The translations under genes were made by a program, and so were the position numbers. The notes beneath the pieces were generated by a model. That model was not told the origin of the DNA and did not search any database. It saw only the letters and a program-made list of their open reading frames with translations. A stretch of DNA of 64,000 nt, from positions 1 to 64,000 of the forward strand of contig NIVC01001381.1 in NCBI GenBank assembly GCA_002269645.1, in the 5' to 3' direction. The stretch is from Macrostomum lignano (Eukaryota). Positions 11,868 to 24,110 of the stretch are shown here, piece after piece (position 1 is the stretch's first letter; every line of letters starts with the position of its first letter).

Positions 11868-13991
11868 ACACCGATCTGCCCAGTCTGACTAAGATCAGCT
11901 CAGATTGCAACCCAAACTATGCGACCAACAACAGCTTCTTGGCCAAATTTAATCTCGGGAAACTCAAGAATCCAAGTGAAATCAGAGCCATGAAGGCCAT
12001 CTTTTATGAGCTGCCATCTGGAGGTGAGTGACATCTAAATATACTAAATCTCTAAGGTTTGTATGCTTGAATGAATGAATGTCCATAATGCTCTAGAGCG
12101 AGCAATCCTTCACTGTCCAATATACTAAAAATGGTTTGTCTATATATCAATATTTAATATGCGATAGATTTCAGAAAAAAATTGTAATCCTTGTTGTTTG
12201 TGCAGAGCACTATTTTAAGTCTTGTCAAAAAATTTGAGAAAGGTCGGGGGTTCGATTCTCGACCCACTCAGAACAATTTGTGTCCTTGAGCAAGACACTT
12301 AACTCTGCATTGCTTCAGTTCACCCAGCTGTAAAATGGGTGCCAGCATTAGCTGGGGTAACTGAGGGCGTGTGGCGACCCCTTCGCAGCCTTCAGATGCA
12401 CCGCGCAATACCTGCAGCTGAGCTGTCGGTTGCACATCTGCCTATTAGGGCAGGTTTAATCAATTAATATTAACGCTTTAAATACAGTATGAACTATTTA
12501 AAATATGAACGCTTAAATTAAATGGCTTCGAGGTGCCAATTTGGCATCTGGCCCCCCCCCCCCCAGAAATGATCAGTAAGAGTCGTTTACCCGTGTCGCC
12601 CTCTTCAGAACGCCAAGGAGTTGATATCAACAGTTGGGCTTCTCTGGAGCCGCAGTTTCAAGCGCCAGGGTTTCAACCCAACAGGCGTCACATCGGCTTC
12701 CTGACGGTTCGCCTGGCTGACGAGAACTCAACTAGCGGCCTCACCGATTGGCTCTGGTCTCAGAAATTTGAATTCACCAGCTGCGGTGTTGAGAATCGGT
12801 CAGCTGTCTGTCTGTGCGATCCGGTCAATTCTTACAATGGTACGAAGTGCAGGCCCGGCTCACCGGACTGCCGCTGCACTCCGCAGGCCACCAGCTCCGA
12901 CTGCAGCCTGTGCACCGACGGCACCTACAGAGATTATTCCCGCTACAGTCTTGGCTGTGTCTCTTGTCAGTGCAGTCCGCATAACTTTGCCGGCCCGTGC
13001 GCCTGGAGGCACGTCGGCGACCCCGACTGGAGCCCTGGCGGCAGCGGTGGCGGTGGTGGACTTAGCCAGCGAGTGTGCATCGGCTGTCGGCACGGGTTTG
13101 TGGGTGACAACTGCCTGGCGCCCAGAGATAATAGCGGCATGGGCCTGGCGGCTAAGGTTGGTTATTATGTCTGCATAGTTTTTACTGTTTTTCTATGGTG
13201 ATTTCATTTTATTTAAAATATTGCTCATCTTTTAAAGTATCTTATCTCATTTGTCAAAGATTTGCGTCTCAACATTATAAAGTCACTCTCATTATCATGT
13301 AGTCATTCTTATCATCATATTTTCACTCTTATTATCACTTAGTCACTCCTATTATCATATTGTCACTCTTATCATATAGTCACTCTGATGATCATATAGT
13401 CACTCTTATTATCATATATAGTCACTCTGATTATCATATAAAGTCACTCTTATTATCATATAGTCACTCTCATTATCCTATAAAGTCACTCTCGGTACCA
13501 TATAGTCACTCCTATTATCATATTGTCACTCTTATCATATAGTTACTCTGATTATCATATAGTTACTCTGATTATCAAATAGTTACTCTGATTATCAAAT
13601 AGTTACTCTCATTATCATATAGTCACTCATCATATAGTCACTCTCATTATCATATAGTCACTCTCATTACCGCATACTCGCTCTCCATCGCACTGCTCAA
13701 ACACCCGCTCAGATATTCCTGGTCCTGGCCTGCCTGCTCTGCTCACTCGCTCTGCTAGCCGCCTTTGTCATTTTGCGGCGCCAATGCCGGCGCCGAGCTC
13801 AGCGCGCCGCGCGCCACTCCCTGGCCGTTCAGCGCCTATTCAGCCGGTTCAAAGACGACACCAGCTTGGAGGCGGAGGCCGCGGAGTCCAGCGCCATCTT
13901 GGCTGAGGATGACGACTTGCAGAGGGCCACTCAGCAGCTGAGGCTGGGCGCTGACCCCGTGTACCAGCCTACCACCGTCTCCATCACGTGA
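11868..13991 (+). CDS. Single-pass membrane protein with laminin-type EGF-like repeats; 3' exons 11868-12023, 12609-13156, 13713-13991; 5' exons not identified
   Basis: Phase-compatible GT-AG junctions (phases 1, 1, 0). Cys-rich CLCDP..NGTKC, CRC..CSLCTDGTY, CVSCQCS, CIGCRHGFVGDNC; hydrophobic IFLVLACLLCSLALLAAFVIL followed by RRQCRRR stop-transfer; short acidic tail ending DPVYQPTTVSIT*. Confidence 0.8.
12238..12470 (+). mobile_element. tRNA-derived SINE, 5'-truncated copy (retains B box)
   Basis: GGTTCGATTCTCGACC B box, then GTGTCCTTGAGCAAGACACTTAAC...CAGCTGTAAAATGGG (CORE/Meta-like central domain); highly similar to the inverted copy at 50678-50981. Confidence 0.85.
13275..13670. repeat. 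Intronic AT-rich minisatellite, about 20-22-bp unit TAGTCACTCTCATTATCATA
   Basis: Repeated visibly; lies in intron 13157-13712. Confidence 0.85.
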
Positions 13992-14006
13992 TCTGCTGAG
14001 TAGGCT

Positions 14007-14845
14007 AGTGTCAGATCCAGTTGCTGACAGTGTCATAGAGGGTGTCAGATCCAGTTGCTGACAGTGTCATAGAGGGTGTCAGATCCAGTTGCTGACAGTG
14101 TCATAGAGGGTGTCAGATCCAGTTACTGACAGTGTCATAGAGAGGGTGTCAGATCCTGTTGCTGACAGTGTCATAGAGAGGGTGTCAGATCCAGTTGCTG
14201 ACAGTGTCATAGAGAGGGTGTCAGATCCAGTTGCTGACAGTGTCATAGAGAGGGTGTCAGATCCAGTTGCTGACAGTGTCATAGAGGGTGTCAGATCCAG
14301 TTACTGACAGTGTCTTAGAGAGGGTGTCAAATCCAGTTGCTGACAGTGTCATAAAGAGGGTGTCAGATCCTGTTGCTGACAGTGTCATAGAGAGGGTGTC
14401 AGATCCAGTTGCTGACAGTGTCATAGAGAGAGTGTTAGATCCGGGTGTTAGATCCAGTTGCTGACAGTGTCATAGAGAGGGTGTCAGACCCAGTTGCTGA
14501 CAGTGTCATAGAGAGGGTCTCAGACCCAGTTGCTGAGTGTCATAGAGAGGGTGTCAGATCCAGTTGCTGACAGTGTCATAGAGAGGGTGTCAGACCCAGT
14601 TGCTGACAGTGTCATCGAGAGGGTGTCAGATCCAGTTGCTGAGAGTCATAGAGAGAGTGTCAGATCTGATTATTGACATTGTCATAGAGGGTCTCAGACC
14701 CAGTTGCTGAGTGTCATAGAGAGGGTGTCAGATCCAGTTGCTGACAGTGTCATAGAGAGGGTGTCAGATCCAGTTGCTGAGAGTCATAGAGAGAGTGTCA
14801 GATCTGATTATTGACATTGTCATAGAGAGGGTCTCAGATCCAGTT
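14007..14845. repeat. 34-36-bp minisatellite GTGTCAGATCCAGTTGCTGACAGTGTCATAGAGAGG, about 23 copies
   Basis: Contiguous units without spacers, beginning about 15 bp after the stop codon at 13991; internal TGTCAG/CTGACA inverted repeat. Confidence 0.92.
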
Positions 14846-15471
14846 ACTACTTACAGTGCCACTAATTCGAGCTACATGTCGAAGCACCTCGTTTATTACA
14901 TCCGGTATTAGTTTTTTGTGCTAAAATTTTCAAAGTTCTGCACCATTTATCAGCATAGACTGCAGACAATAGAGCTATAGTTGCACTGTTAAACACCGTT
15001 TTTATTTATCAGCTATTAATTTTATGGTTCGCGCATTTTTAATATCCCAAATTTAACCAACACGCTCCCAATTTTTTATTAGTTGTTAGTTGAATACGCA
15101 ACTCGCATGTCCAGTGCGCATTGGTCATGATATAGCTTCATCATCTCCACGCGGTGAATTAAGGTGTTCAATGTACCCTTTAGTTACTGATAGCTTAGAC
15201 TAACACGCAAATGTTGTGAATTTTATTGTTATAAAATATTTTGGCTGTGTTTTTACACTAATAACTTCATTTAGAATCACTATGTCATAACTCATAATTG
15301 GAATCTGTCACAGTGTCTTGTATATTCTGTTGGTATATGTTTGATGAATTTTTCTTATCTATTCATTATTGTCTGGTGATCGGATTTTTATTTATGCGCT
15401 TTTTTGCTTTATCCAGGTTTGTTCGATTCTGAGTTAATAGCCAATCAGATCGGGTCAGGAGAGGCGGGACT

Positions 15472-15770
15472 GCAATGTACATTGAAGACGAACTAGTCCC
15501 CCGCAGCCAATCAAATCGAGGCCGGGGGGACGAGACTGCAATGTACATTGAAGACGAACTCGTCCCCCGCAGCCAATCAAATCGGGGCCGGGGGGACGAG
15601 GCTGCAATGTACATTGAAGACGAACTCGTCCCCCGCAGCCAATCAAATCGGGGCCGGGGGGACGAGGCTGCAATGTACATTGAAGACGAACTAGTCCCCC
15701 GCAGCCAATCAAATCGGGGCTGTATGTACATTGAAAAAAAACTCGTCCCCCGCAGTCAATCGGATCGGAG
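15472..15770. repeat. 66-bp tandem repeat (about 4.5 copies) with internal hairpin and CCAAT
   Basis: Units at 15472, 15538, 15604, 15670; CTCGTCCCCC...GGGGGACGAG inverted arms. Confidence 0.9.
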
Positions 15771-17204
15771 CAGGAGACACTTTGATAAAGTGTGCAAAGT
15801 TTGCAAAACAGAGTATAAATTTTTATACCAATTTTAAACATCCGCGTCGTATGGTTTGAATTCAATTTTTCCGGTTTCAACTTTTTTTCTGTCTTGGTTT
15901 GGCTGTGCTTTTCTCGTTTAAGCTGCAACATTGCTATTGTCTTAATTTACCGTGTGAAATCTTTTCCATTTCTAGCGATTATTTCTGAGCAGCTGTTAGC
16001 AGTGTAACTATATAAAGTACATGTTTATATTGGTTACTTATATCTACTACTTGTGAAAGACGCACAGCTTATGTTAAACCAGCGGCTGCTTAGCAGAGAT
16101 GAATATTGTGAGCAAAGTTGGTAATAATGTTATTTTTACTCGCTAAATATATCAGATGCAACTTGCACAACTATCTCTATCACATAAAAAACGTTAAAGA
16201 TTTTGTTTCAATAATTTCATCAATAAATATTTGCGCCTAGCGAATAGGACTAGAAGTGGTTTGCAGTCAAACGTAAACAGTGTGTATTTTAAAAATAAAA
16301 CAGAAACAACAAAATAAACAGGCGTAATTAAACTTACTACTACTGAAGAAGAAGTTATTAGTAGTAAGTAATGCAACCCGTAACCAAAAAAGACGCGTGC
16401 GTAAGAGAGAATGTTTTTATCTACTGATACGATTCAGCAGATTCGTGCACTTATATATTTTTAACTTATTTTAACAAACACGATTGACAGATAAGACTAT
16501 TGGACTGGAATCCAGTCAGACCTTTATCCAGTCAGTCTCGTACTGAAGAGTAGTACAGGCAAAATACGCATCGTAAAAGTACGCGTGTACTTTACTATTG
16601 CAAAAGTACGCGTGTACTTTACTATTGCAAAAGTACATGCGCACTTTATTTGATCCATATTACATACAAACAAAGTTGTCTACGTTTGTACACACGTAAG
16701 CTAAATGTACATGCATTATAGGGAAAAGTACCTATAGTACTTAACCGAGAAAAGGAGCAATAATAAAATGAAAATTCGCTAAGTGTAATGAGTCATAGTA
16801 TGGATGCAAATCAAACTCGATAAGAGCACTAAGAAGCCGTAAAAATTCGAATACTTCGCACAAAGAGTAAAGCGTGGTGAGTTCTGTCCTGACTCCAGTC
16901 TGATACATCACAAACTTAAGTTATATATTCTATTAAAGAGCAATAATAAAGGATTAGTTTAACAACAATTCGACAGCTGATGAGGACTGAGGGATGCCGT
17001 TAACAGAAGATGTCCGCATTATAAGTATAGTTTTGTAAGATCTGCATACGCTATTGAACAGAATCATTAAATTAAAATGATTTCTGTGTGTTGAATAAAA
17101 TGAAGGAATTGAAGAAATAAAATCAGTGTGCGGAAACAGAGGAAAAGACAGGTGGATGGATAAAAAGACTAAACACGGTGGTATTAACGGAACAACACAG
17201 ATGA

Positions 17205-17660
17205 ATGGGAAGGACGCAGGGAGATGAAGGGAAGAGACACTGAAATAAGGGAAGAAGAGAAGAGACACAGTGAGATGAAGGGAAGGGACGCAGAACGATG
17301 AGAACAGACACAGTGAGATGAAGGGAAGAGACGCAGGGAGATGAGAACAGACACAGTGAGATGAAGGGAAGAGACACAGTGAGATGAAGGGAACAGACCC
17401 AGTGAGATGAAGGGAAGAGACACGGTGAGATGAGGAGAACAGACACAGTGAGATGAAGGGAAGAGACGCAGGGAGATGAGGAGAACAGGCAAAGTGAGAT
17501 GAAGGGAAGAGACAGTGAGATGAGAACAGATACGGTGAGATGAAGGGAAGAGACAGTGAGATGAGAACAGATACGGTGAGATGAAGGGAAGAGACACGGT
17601 GAGATGAAGGGGACAGGCCCAGTGAGATGAGGAGAACACACAGTGAGATGAAGGGCACAG
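17205..17660. repeat. Purine-rich degenerate minisatellite (GTGAGATGAAGGGAAGAGACAC-like) directly after the CRELD stop codon
   Basis: Repeated visibly from about 17205 to the TAA at 17662. Confidence 0.85.
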
Positions 17661-17661
17661 G

Positions 17662-20600
17662 TTATCTCCTGCCGGCGTGCAGGTAGACCCTATCCAGCAC
17701 AGAGCTCTGCTTGCACAGATACCAACCAGCCAAGCAGGCGGCCACTGTCACAGGCGCTGGCCGACCCTTCACCGCCACAGCGAACACAGCCAGGCCAACG
17801 ATAGCGCCGAAAAACTTAGCAAACTCGATGGTGTAGGCCACCGTCCAGATCAGCTTAGGCGGCTTGCCTTTCTTATTGCCCGACTGGCCTTTTTTAGTCT
17901 GCTTTGAGTTGGCCGACTTTTTGCTTGACGCTGCCGGTTTTGGCACGCATTGACTGCCCGAGCGCTGGTAGCCTGGCTGGCAGTCGCACCGGTAGCTGCC
18001 TGTGGAACAGGGATGAAACTAGAAATGAGTCTGGGAATGAAGTCTGAAGTAAGGTCAGACAGATAGAATCCAAGGTCGGACAGATAGAATCCAAGGTCGG
18101 ACAGATAGAATACAGGGTCGGACAGATAGAATCCAAGGTCGGACAGATAGAATACAGGGTCGGACAGATAGAATCCAAGGTCGGACAGATAGAATCCAAG
18201 GTCGGACAGATAGAATCCAAGGTCGGACAGATAGAATCCAAGGTCGGACAGATAGAATCTAGAGTCGGACAGATAGAATCCAAGGTCGGACAGATAGAAT
18301 CCAAGGTCGGACAGATAGAATCCAAGGTCGGACAGATAGAATTTGGGGTCGGACAGATAGAATCCAATGTCGGACAGATAGAATTTGGGGTCGGACAGAT
18401 AGAATCCAATGTCGGACAGATAGAATTTGGGGTCGGACAGATAGAATCCAAGGTCGGACAGATAGAATCCAAGGTCGGACAGATAGAATTTGGGGTCGGA
18501 CAGATAGAATCCAAGGTCGGACAGATAGAATACAGGGTCGGACAGATAGAATCCAATGTCGGACAGATAGAATCCAAGGTCGGACAGATAGAATCCAAGG
18601 TCGGACAGATAGAATTTGGGGTCGGACAGATAGAATTTGGAGTCGGACAGATAGAATCCAAGGTCGGACAGATAGAATACAGGGTCGGACAGATAGAATC
18701 CAAGGTCGGACAGATAGAATCCAAGGTCGGACAGATAGAATCCAAGGTCGGACAGATAGAATCTAGAGTCGGACAGATAGAATCCAATGTCGGACAGATA
18801 GAATCCAAGGTCGGACAGATAGAATTTGGGGTCGGACAGATAGAATCCAAGGTCGGACAGATAGAATTTAGGGTCGGACAGATAGAATCCAAGGTCGGAC
18901 AGATAGAATCTAGGGTCGAACAGATAGAATCCAAGGTCGGACAGATAGAATCCAATGTCGGACAGATAGAATCCAAGGTCGGACAGATAGAATTTAGGGT
19001 CGGACAGATAGAATCCAAGGTCGGACAGATAGAATTTGGGGTCGGACAGATAGAATCCAATGTCGGACAGATAGAATTTGGGGTCGGACAGATAGAATCC
19101 AATGTCGGACAGATAGAATTTGGGGTCGGACAGATAGAATCCAAGGTCGGACAGATAGAATCCAAGGTCGGACAGATAGAATCCAAGGTCGGACAGATAG
19201 AATTTGGGGTCGGACAGATAGAATTTGGGGTCGGACAGATAGAATCCAAGGTCGGACAGATAGAATCCAAGGTCGGACAGATAGAATCCAAGGTCGGACA
19301 GATAGAATCCAAGGTCGGACAGATAGAATCCAAGGTTGGACAGATAGAATCCAAGGTCGGACAGATAGAATCCAAGGTCGGACAGATAGAATTTAGGGTC
19401 GGACAGATAGAATCCAAGGTCGGACAGATAGAATCCAAGGTCGGACAGATAGAATCCAAGGTTGGACAGATAGAATCCAATGTCGGACAGATAGAATCCA
19501 AGGTCGGACAGATAGAATTTAGGGTCGGACAGATAGAATTTGGGGTCGGACAGATAGAATCCAAGGTCGGACAGATAGAATTTGGGGTCGGACAGATAGA
19601 ATCCAAGGTCGGACAGATAGAATTTGGGGTCGGACAGATAGAATCCAGAGTCGGACGGCTCACCTGGCAGGTTAACGCATCTCTCATACGGCCCCGTACA
19701 GTGTGGACTGTCCGGGCTGCATTCGTTCACGTCTTGACAACCGGATCCGGTGGTCGCGGGTTCGAATCCTGGCGAACAGGCGGTGCAGCCGACCTGGCCG
19801 GGTCCGGAGCAGGCGGAGCAGGCCCGGTCGCAGTCGCCGCACCGGTAGCTGCCGGGCAGGTTCTCGCAGAAGCTCCGCGGCCCGCTGCACGGACTGCGGG
19901 TCTGGCATTCGTCGATATCAACACACGCGGCTCCGTCAGCTTGCTGGACTGTCTCGTAGCCGTCGGCGCACTGATCGCACTGGGTGGCCAGCGGACCGGT
20001 GCAGGCGCTTCGACAAGCCGGGCTGCAGGCTTTGCATTCGCCGTTGCTCTCGCCGTTGGCGCGGTAGTATTTGGCTGAGCAGTCCGAGCACTGAGCACCT
20101 GAGTAGCCCGGGTGACAGTCACATGCGCCAGTGCCTGATATTTGGAATTATAAGGGAGATTGCTTCACTGGTAAACACCTGTCACGGTTAGCACTTAGCA
20201 GTTTAGCTGCAACTGGAGGGCAAAGGCCCAATCAGTTTACAGTACAGACAGAAATAATCTGTAAACGGACACAGACATGAACAAACTCCGGGCAGACACA
20301 GACAAACTCAAAGTGGACACAGACAGACTCAGAGAAAACAGGCACACTCAGAACGGACAGACAAACTCGAAGTAGTCATAGACACACTCAGAGATGACAC
20401 AGACACTCAGAAAAGGAGAGGACACAAAACATCTATAACGGACACAGACAATCTACAACGGACACAGACAATCTACAACTGACACAGAGAATCTACAACG
20501 GACACAGACAATCTACAACGGACACAGATGTCTAAGAACGGACACAGACAATCTATAATGGACACAGACAATCTACAATGGACACAGACAATCTACAACG

Positions 20601-22275
20601 GACACAGATAGTCTAACAACGGACACAGATAGTCTAACAAAGGACACAGACAATCTACAACGGACACAGATATTCTAACAACGGACACAGATACTCTAAC
20701 AACGGACACAGACAATCTACAACGGACACAGACAATCTACAATGGACACAGACAATCTACAACGGACACAGATAGTCTAACAACGGACACAGACAATCTA
20801 CAACGGACACAGATATTCTAACAACGGACACAGATACTCTAACAACGGACACAGACAATCTACAACGGACACAGACGATCTACAACGGACACAGACAATC
20901 TAAAATGGACACAGACAATCTACAACGGACACAGATATTCTAACAACGGACACAGATACTCTAACAACGGACACAGACAATCTACAACGGACACAGACGA
21001 TCTACAACGGACACAGACAATCTAAAATGGACACAGACAATCTACAACGGACACAGTCCCAGCTCACCGGTCCGAGTCCCGTTCCCATTGCAGTCGCCGC
21101 GGCCGCCGGAGCAGTCGGGGCAGGGCGCGCACTCCGGTCCCCAGCGGCCGTAGGCGCAGCAGGCGGCGGTGCCGTTGACGCAGACAGAATCGCGCAGGCT
21201 GGCAGAGGTCGGGTTGGCCTGCGGGAGAGATGCCCGAGTGTTTTGATTTTTTGTAATTCAATAAAAGAAGAGGCTGATGATAAATCAGCTTTAGGTAACC
21301 GACAAAAAGTCTGTCAAGTTTATATCCTCAAAGATTTTGATTTAAAATTTCTGTATTTTTTATCACATCCAATGCTTACTAACATTTTCAAATATAAGAC
21401 ATTTCTTAAATCCCGAGACACTCCATTCCACGAAATTTCTTACATCTCAGACATTTTTTACACCCGATAGTTCCCACACCTCAGATATTTCCCATACCCC
21501 AGACATTTCCCACACCCCAGACATTTCCCACACCCCAGACATTTCCCATACCCCAGACATTTCCCATACCCCAGACATTTACCACACCTCTGACATCTTC
21601 AACCTGAGATGAGCTCCCATGAGATGTTGAGATGTGGGAGCATGGGAGATGAGCTCCCACATCTCAGGCATTTCCCACACCCACACCCCTGACATCTTCA
21701 ACCTGAGATAGCTCCCACATCCCAGGCATTTCCCACATCCCGGACACTTCTTACCTCATACAGTTCAATGTCCCAGACATTTCTCACGTCCTAGAAAACT
21801 ACGGCAACACTAGAAATTGCCGAACAAACCCCCGGGAAAACCTTTAAGTTTTTTAAATTGTCGAACGCTTCAAAACTTTGGCACAAATCCGAAATGAACT
21901 TTCACCAACCTTGAAAGCGCCAAACCAGAACTTCTCAATGTCCTCTTCAATCTTCTCTAGCATAGCGTGACACTCGCTAGAGGTCACACCGTCCATCTCA
22001 TTGTCCTTGTCCTTGCAAAGCCGGTCTGTGATGTCCACCAGCCGGGTCTCGCTGAGCGCATAGGTGCCCAGCCGGGTCTCCTCCCAGTTGGTGTTGCCGC
22101 CGCCAAAGTTGTCCCGAGCGGTTCGCTCCAGGCCTCGCTGGAATGCGGCAGCGATGGCGCTGCACGCTTGGCATTGGGAGCTGAGCTGTTGAGAATCTGG
22201 ACTGCCTGACTGGGCCACATGGGATATGAGTGACAGCAACAGGCCTATAGATGCCAGTTGGTAAATGAGTGGCAT
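17662..22275 (-). CDS. CRELD1: CRELD1-like cysteine-rich with EGF-like domains protein; exons 22275-21910, 21218-21068, 20134-19664, 17999-17662
   Basis: Signal peptide, CQAC (CXXC) and TARDNFGGGNTNWEE..LGTYALSETRL (DUF3456 domain of CRELD), furin/EGF repeats, calcium-binding EGFs (CVDIDEC, CQDVNEC) and two C-terminal hydrophobic segments (CRELD1-type; no CRELD2 ER-retention tail). All junctions are GT-AG and in phase (0, 1, 1) with no frameshift. Confidence 0.9.
18055..19655. repeat. 21-bp minisatellite CGGACAGATAGAATCCAAGGT, about 76 copies, filling CRELD intron 3
   Basis: Period-21 array occupying nearly all of intron 18000-19663. Confidence 0.97.
20440..21055. repeat. About 20-22-bp minisatellite ACGGACACAGACAATCTACA in CRELD intron 2
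   Basis: Repeated visibly up to about 10 bp from the donor at 21067. Confidence 0.92.
21490..21790. repeat. About 20-bp degenerate minisatellite CCCACACCCCAGACATTT in CRELD intron 1
   Basis: Repeated visibly within intron 21219-21909. Confidence 0.8.
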
Positions 22276-22789
22276 AGTTGAATTTTGGCTGCGTGTGTCT
22301 GAATCGTTTAAGCATGCAATGTTGTGGTAAATTGGTCTAAATAAGCAATTCAGTTTAAACTATCAAACTGCAATTTACAGCCAGTATTTTAAAAACAATA
22401 AGTAAATAAAATAAATTTTTGTAAGGCTTGCTTAGTATAACGCATAGTAAGGCTAACCACTGCTTATTAGATAGGGTCTTCTGTGTAACTTTTTAAAAAT
22501 TATATACCAATTAACCAATATGCTATATAGGGTCTTTTTTCTGTGGGTACAGTTATATTCAAAATTTTCTTGCTTCTATATTGGCAACCATAGGAACAAT
22601 TGCCTCTATCTACAATGCACATTCAACTTTCACTAGTATAAATCTAAATTTTTCTTTTATAACTTCTAATTTCCTCTGATTTGGCATTTAATTCTAGTTT
22701 AGAAAAAGATTAAAGCAGATTGAAGAAATTTTTAATGAAATCATTAGAACATTATAGACAAAAAATCTTAAATATTGATTATAGTTATA

Positions 22790-24110
22790 CTGGGTGATTG
22801 GTAAAAATCTGGACATGGTTAGTTTTTGCCATAGACAAAATTTAACGAGGCAAATTTATTGAGCTGATGCTTTTGAGCAATACTGGGGGTCTTCCTCACA
22901 ACTTAAGTTGTTTTTTTCACTTGTTTGCCCCGTCACGTCTGAGATGCAGTCTCTAAATGAAGAGCAGCGGCATAAACTGGTTGTACAATATAAAATTGAG
23001 CACCCTGGGCTGAGCAACAATGCAATCGCAAAATATTTTGCTGAGCTTGGTGTCCCAAGATCAACCATTTATGGAATTCTGGATCGCTACTCAGCAACTG
23101 GAGAAGATTCTGTGCTACGGAAGGAGGGGTCAGGACGACCAGCTACCAAGGTCACTGCCACTTTGATGGAGAAGATGTCAAATGATGCCAGGACGGGTCT
23201 GTCCCAGCGCGAAATTGCACGCAAATATGACATCAGCCAGCCGTACGTCAACGAGATTCTCAAGAAGCAGGGACTAAGTGCATACAAGAAAGAAAAAGTG
23301 CCATTTGTGTCGTTTGAGCAGAAAGAGCGCCAGCATGTGAGGATTGACAGGCTCTACCGTGCTGTGCTGGCAGGAGATGACGGCGGACTGGACATTGTCA
23401 TGGACGATGAATCGTACTTCTCTCTGTCATCCAATGTCATCCATGGTAACAGGTTCTATTATGCAACAGCTCGAGGTGATGCACCTGATGAGGTTAGGTG
23501 TTCACCCAGCAAGAAATTTGAGGCCAAAGTCTTGGTCTGGCTGGCCATCAGCAAGAAGGGCATGTCCAAGGTCTTCTTCTGCCACGGCAGCTCAATGAAC
23601 AAAGAGATCTACATAAGAGAGTGCATTCACAAGCGTCTATTGCCATTTATTAAGGAACAGCATGCTGACGGCAACTACCTGTTCTGGCCTGACCTGGCGA
23701 GCTATCACTATGCTCGTGACGTCATTGACACATTTGAAGAGGAAGGTGTCAATTTTGTCAGCAAGGAGCTCAATCCTCCCAATGTACCACAGCTGCGACC
23801 AATTGAGAACTTCTGGGGGATGTTGAAGCAAAAGGTTTACCATCACAATTGGACAACGGACAGTCTGGAACAGCTGGAAAATCGCATTTGCTACTGCCTC
23901 CGCCAGGTGGATCTGCACTGTGTACAGGAGATGATGACCAATGTCAAGTCCGGGATTCGCCGAGCTCGGGCTAATGGTGTCGGAGCCGTTTGGCAATGAG
24001 CCAGACAATCCCTTATATATTGAACTTAATCCAAGTTAAAAGACATGTGTTCAATTTGTTTATTGTTGTCTTGCTAAAACAAATAAAAATGTCCAGATTT
24101 TTACCAATCA
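22790..24110 (+). mobile_element. Tc1/mariner superfamily DD37E transposon; right TIR lacks its outer 5 bp
   Basis: TA (22788-22789) + CTGGGTGATTGGTAAAAATCTGGACAT on the left; ATGTCCAGATTTTTACCAATCA at 24089-24110 is the perfect inverse of 22795-22816, then similarity stops. Confidence 0.9.
22944..23999 (+). CDS. Intact Tc1-like DD37E transposase (about 351 aa)
   Basis: Two HTH-like segments with GSGRP linker; catalytic VMDDESYF, WPDLASYHY, NPPNVPQLRPIENFW; 37 residues counted between the second D and the E. Confidence 0.93.
   Translation: MQSLNEEQRHKLVVQYKIEHPGLSNNAIAKYFAELGVPRSTIYGILDRYSATGEDSVLRKEGSGRPATKVTATLMEKMSNDARTGLSQREIARKYDISQPYVNEILKKQGLSAYKKEKVPFVSFEQKERQHVRIDRLYRAVLAGDDGGLDIVMDDESYFSLSSNVIHGNRFYYATARGDAPDEVRCSPSKKFEAKVLVWLAISKKGMSKVFFCHGSSMNKEIYIRECIHKRLLPFIKEQHADGNYLFWPDLASYHYARDVIDTFEEEGVNFVSKELNPPNVPQLRPIENFWGMLKQKVYHHNWTTDSLEQLENRICYCLRQVDLHCVQEMMTNVKSGIRRARANGVGAVWQ

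Noticed and set aside
14007-14845. 36-bp partly palindromic repeat resembling a CRISPR repeat
   Set aside because: Units are contiguous with no unique spacers, no cas genes, eukaryotic context.
16954-17658. Three overlapping minus-strand ORFs (234, 172, 151 aa)
   Set aside because: Derived from the purine-rich minisatellite after the CRELD stop.
17850-19730. 626-aa and 597-aa ORFs (FYLSDLG / SICPTLD repeats)
   Set aside because: Translations of the 21-bp intronic minisatellite; only the flanks are real CRELD exons.
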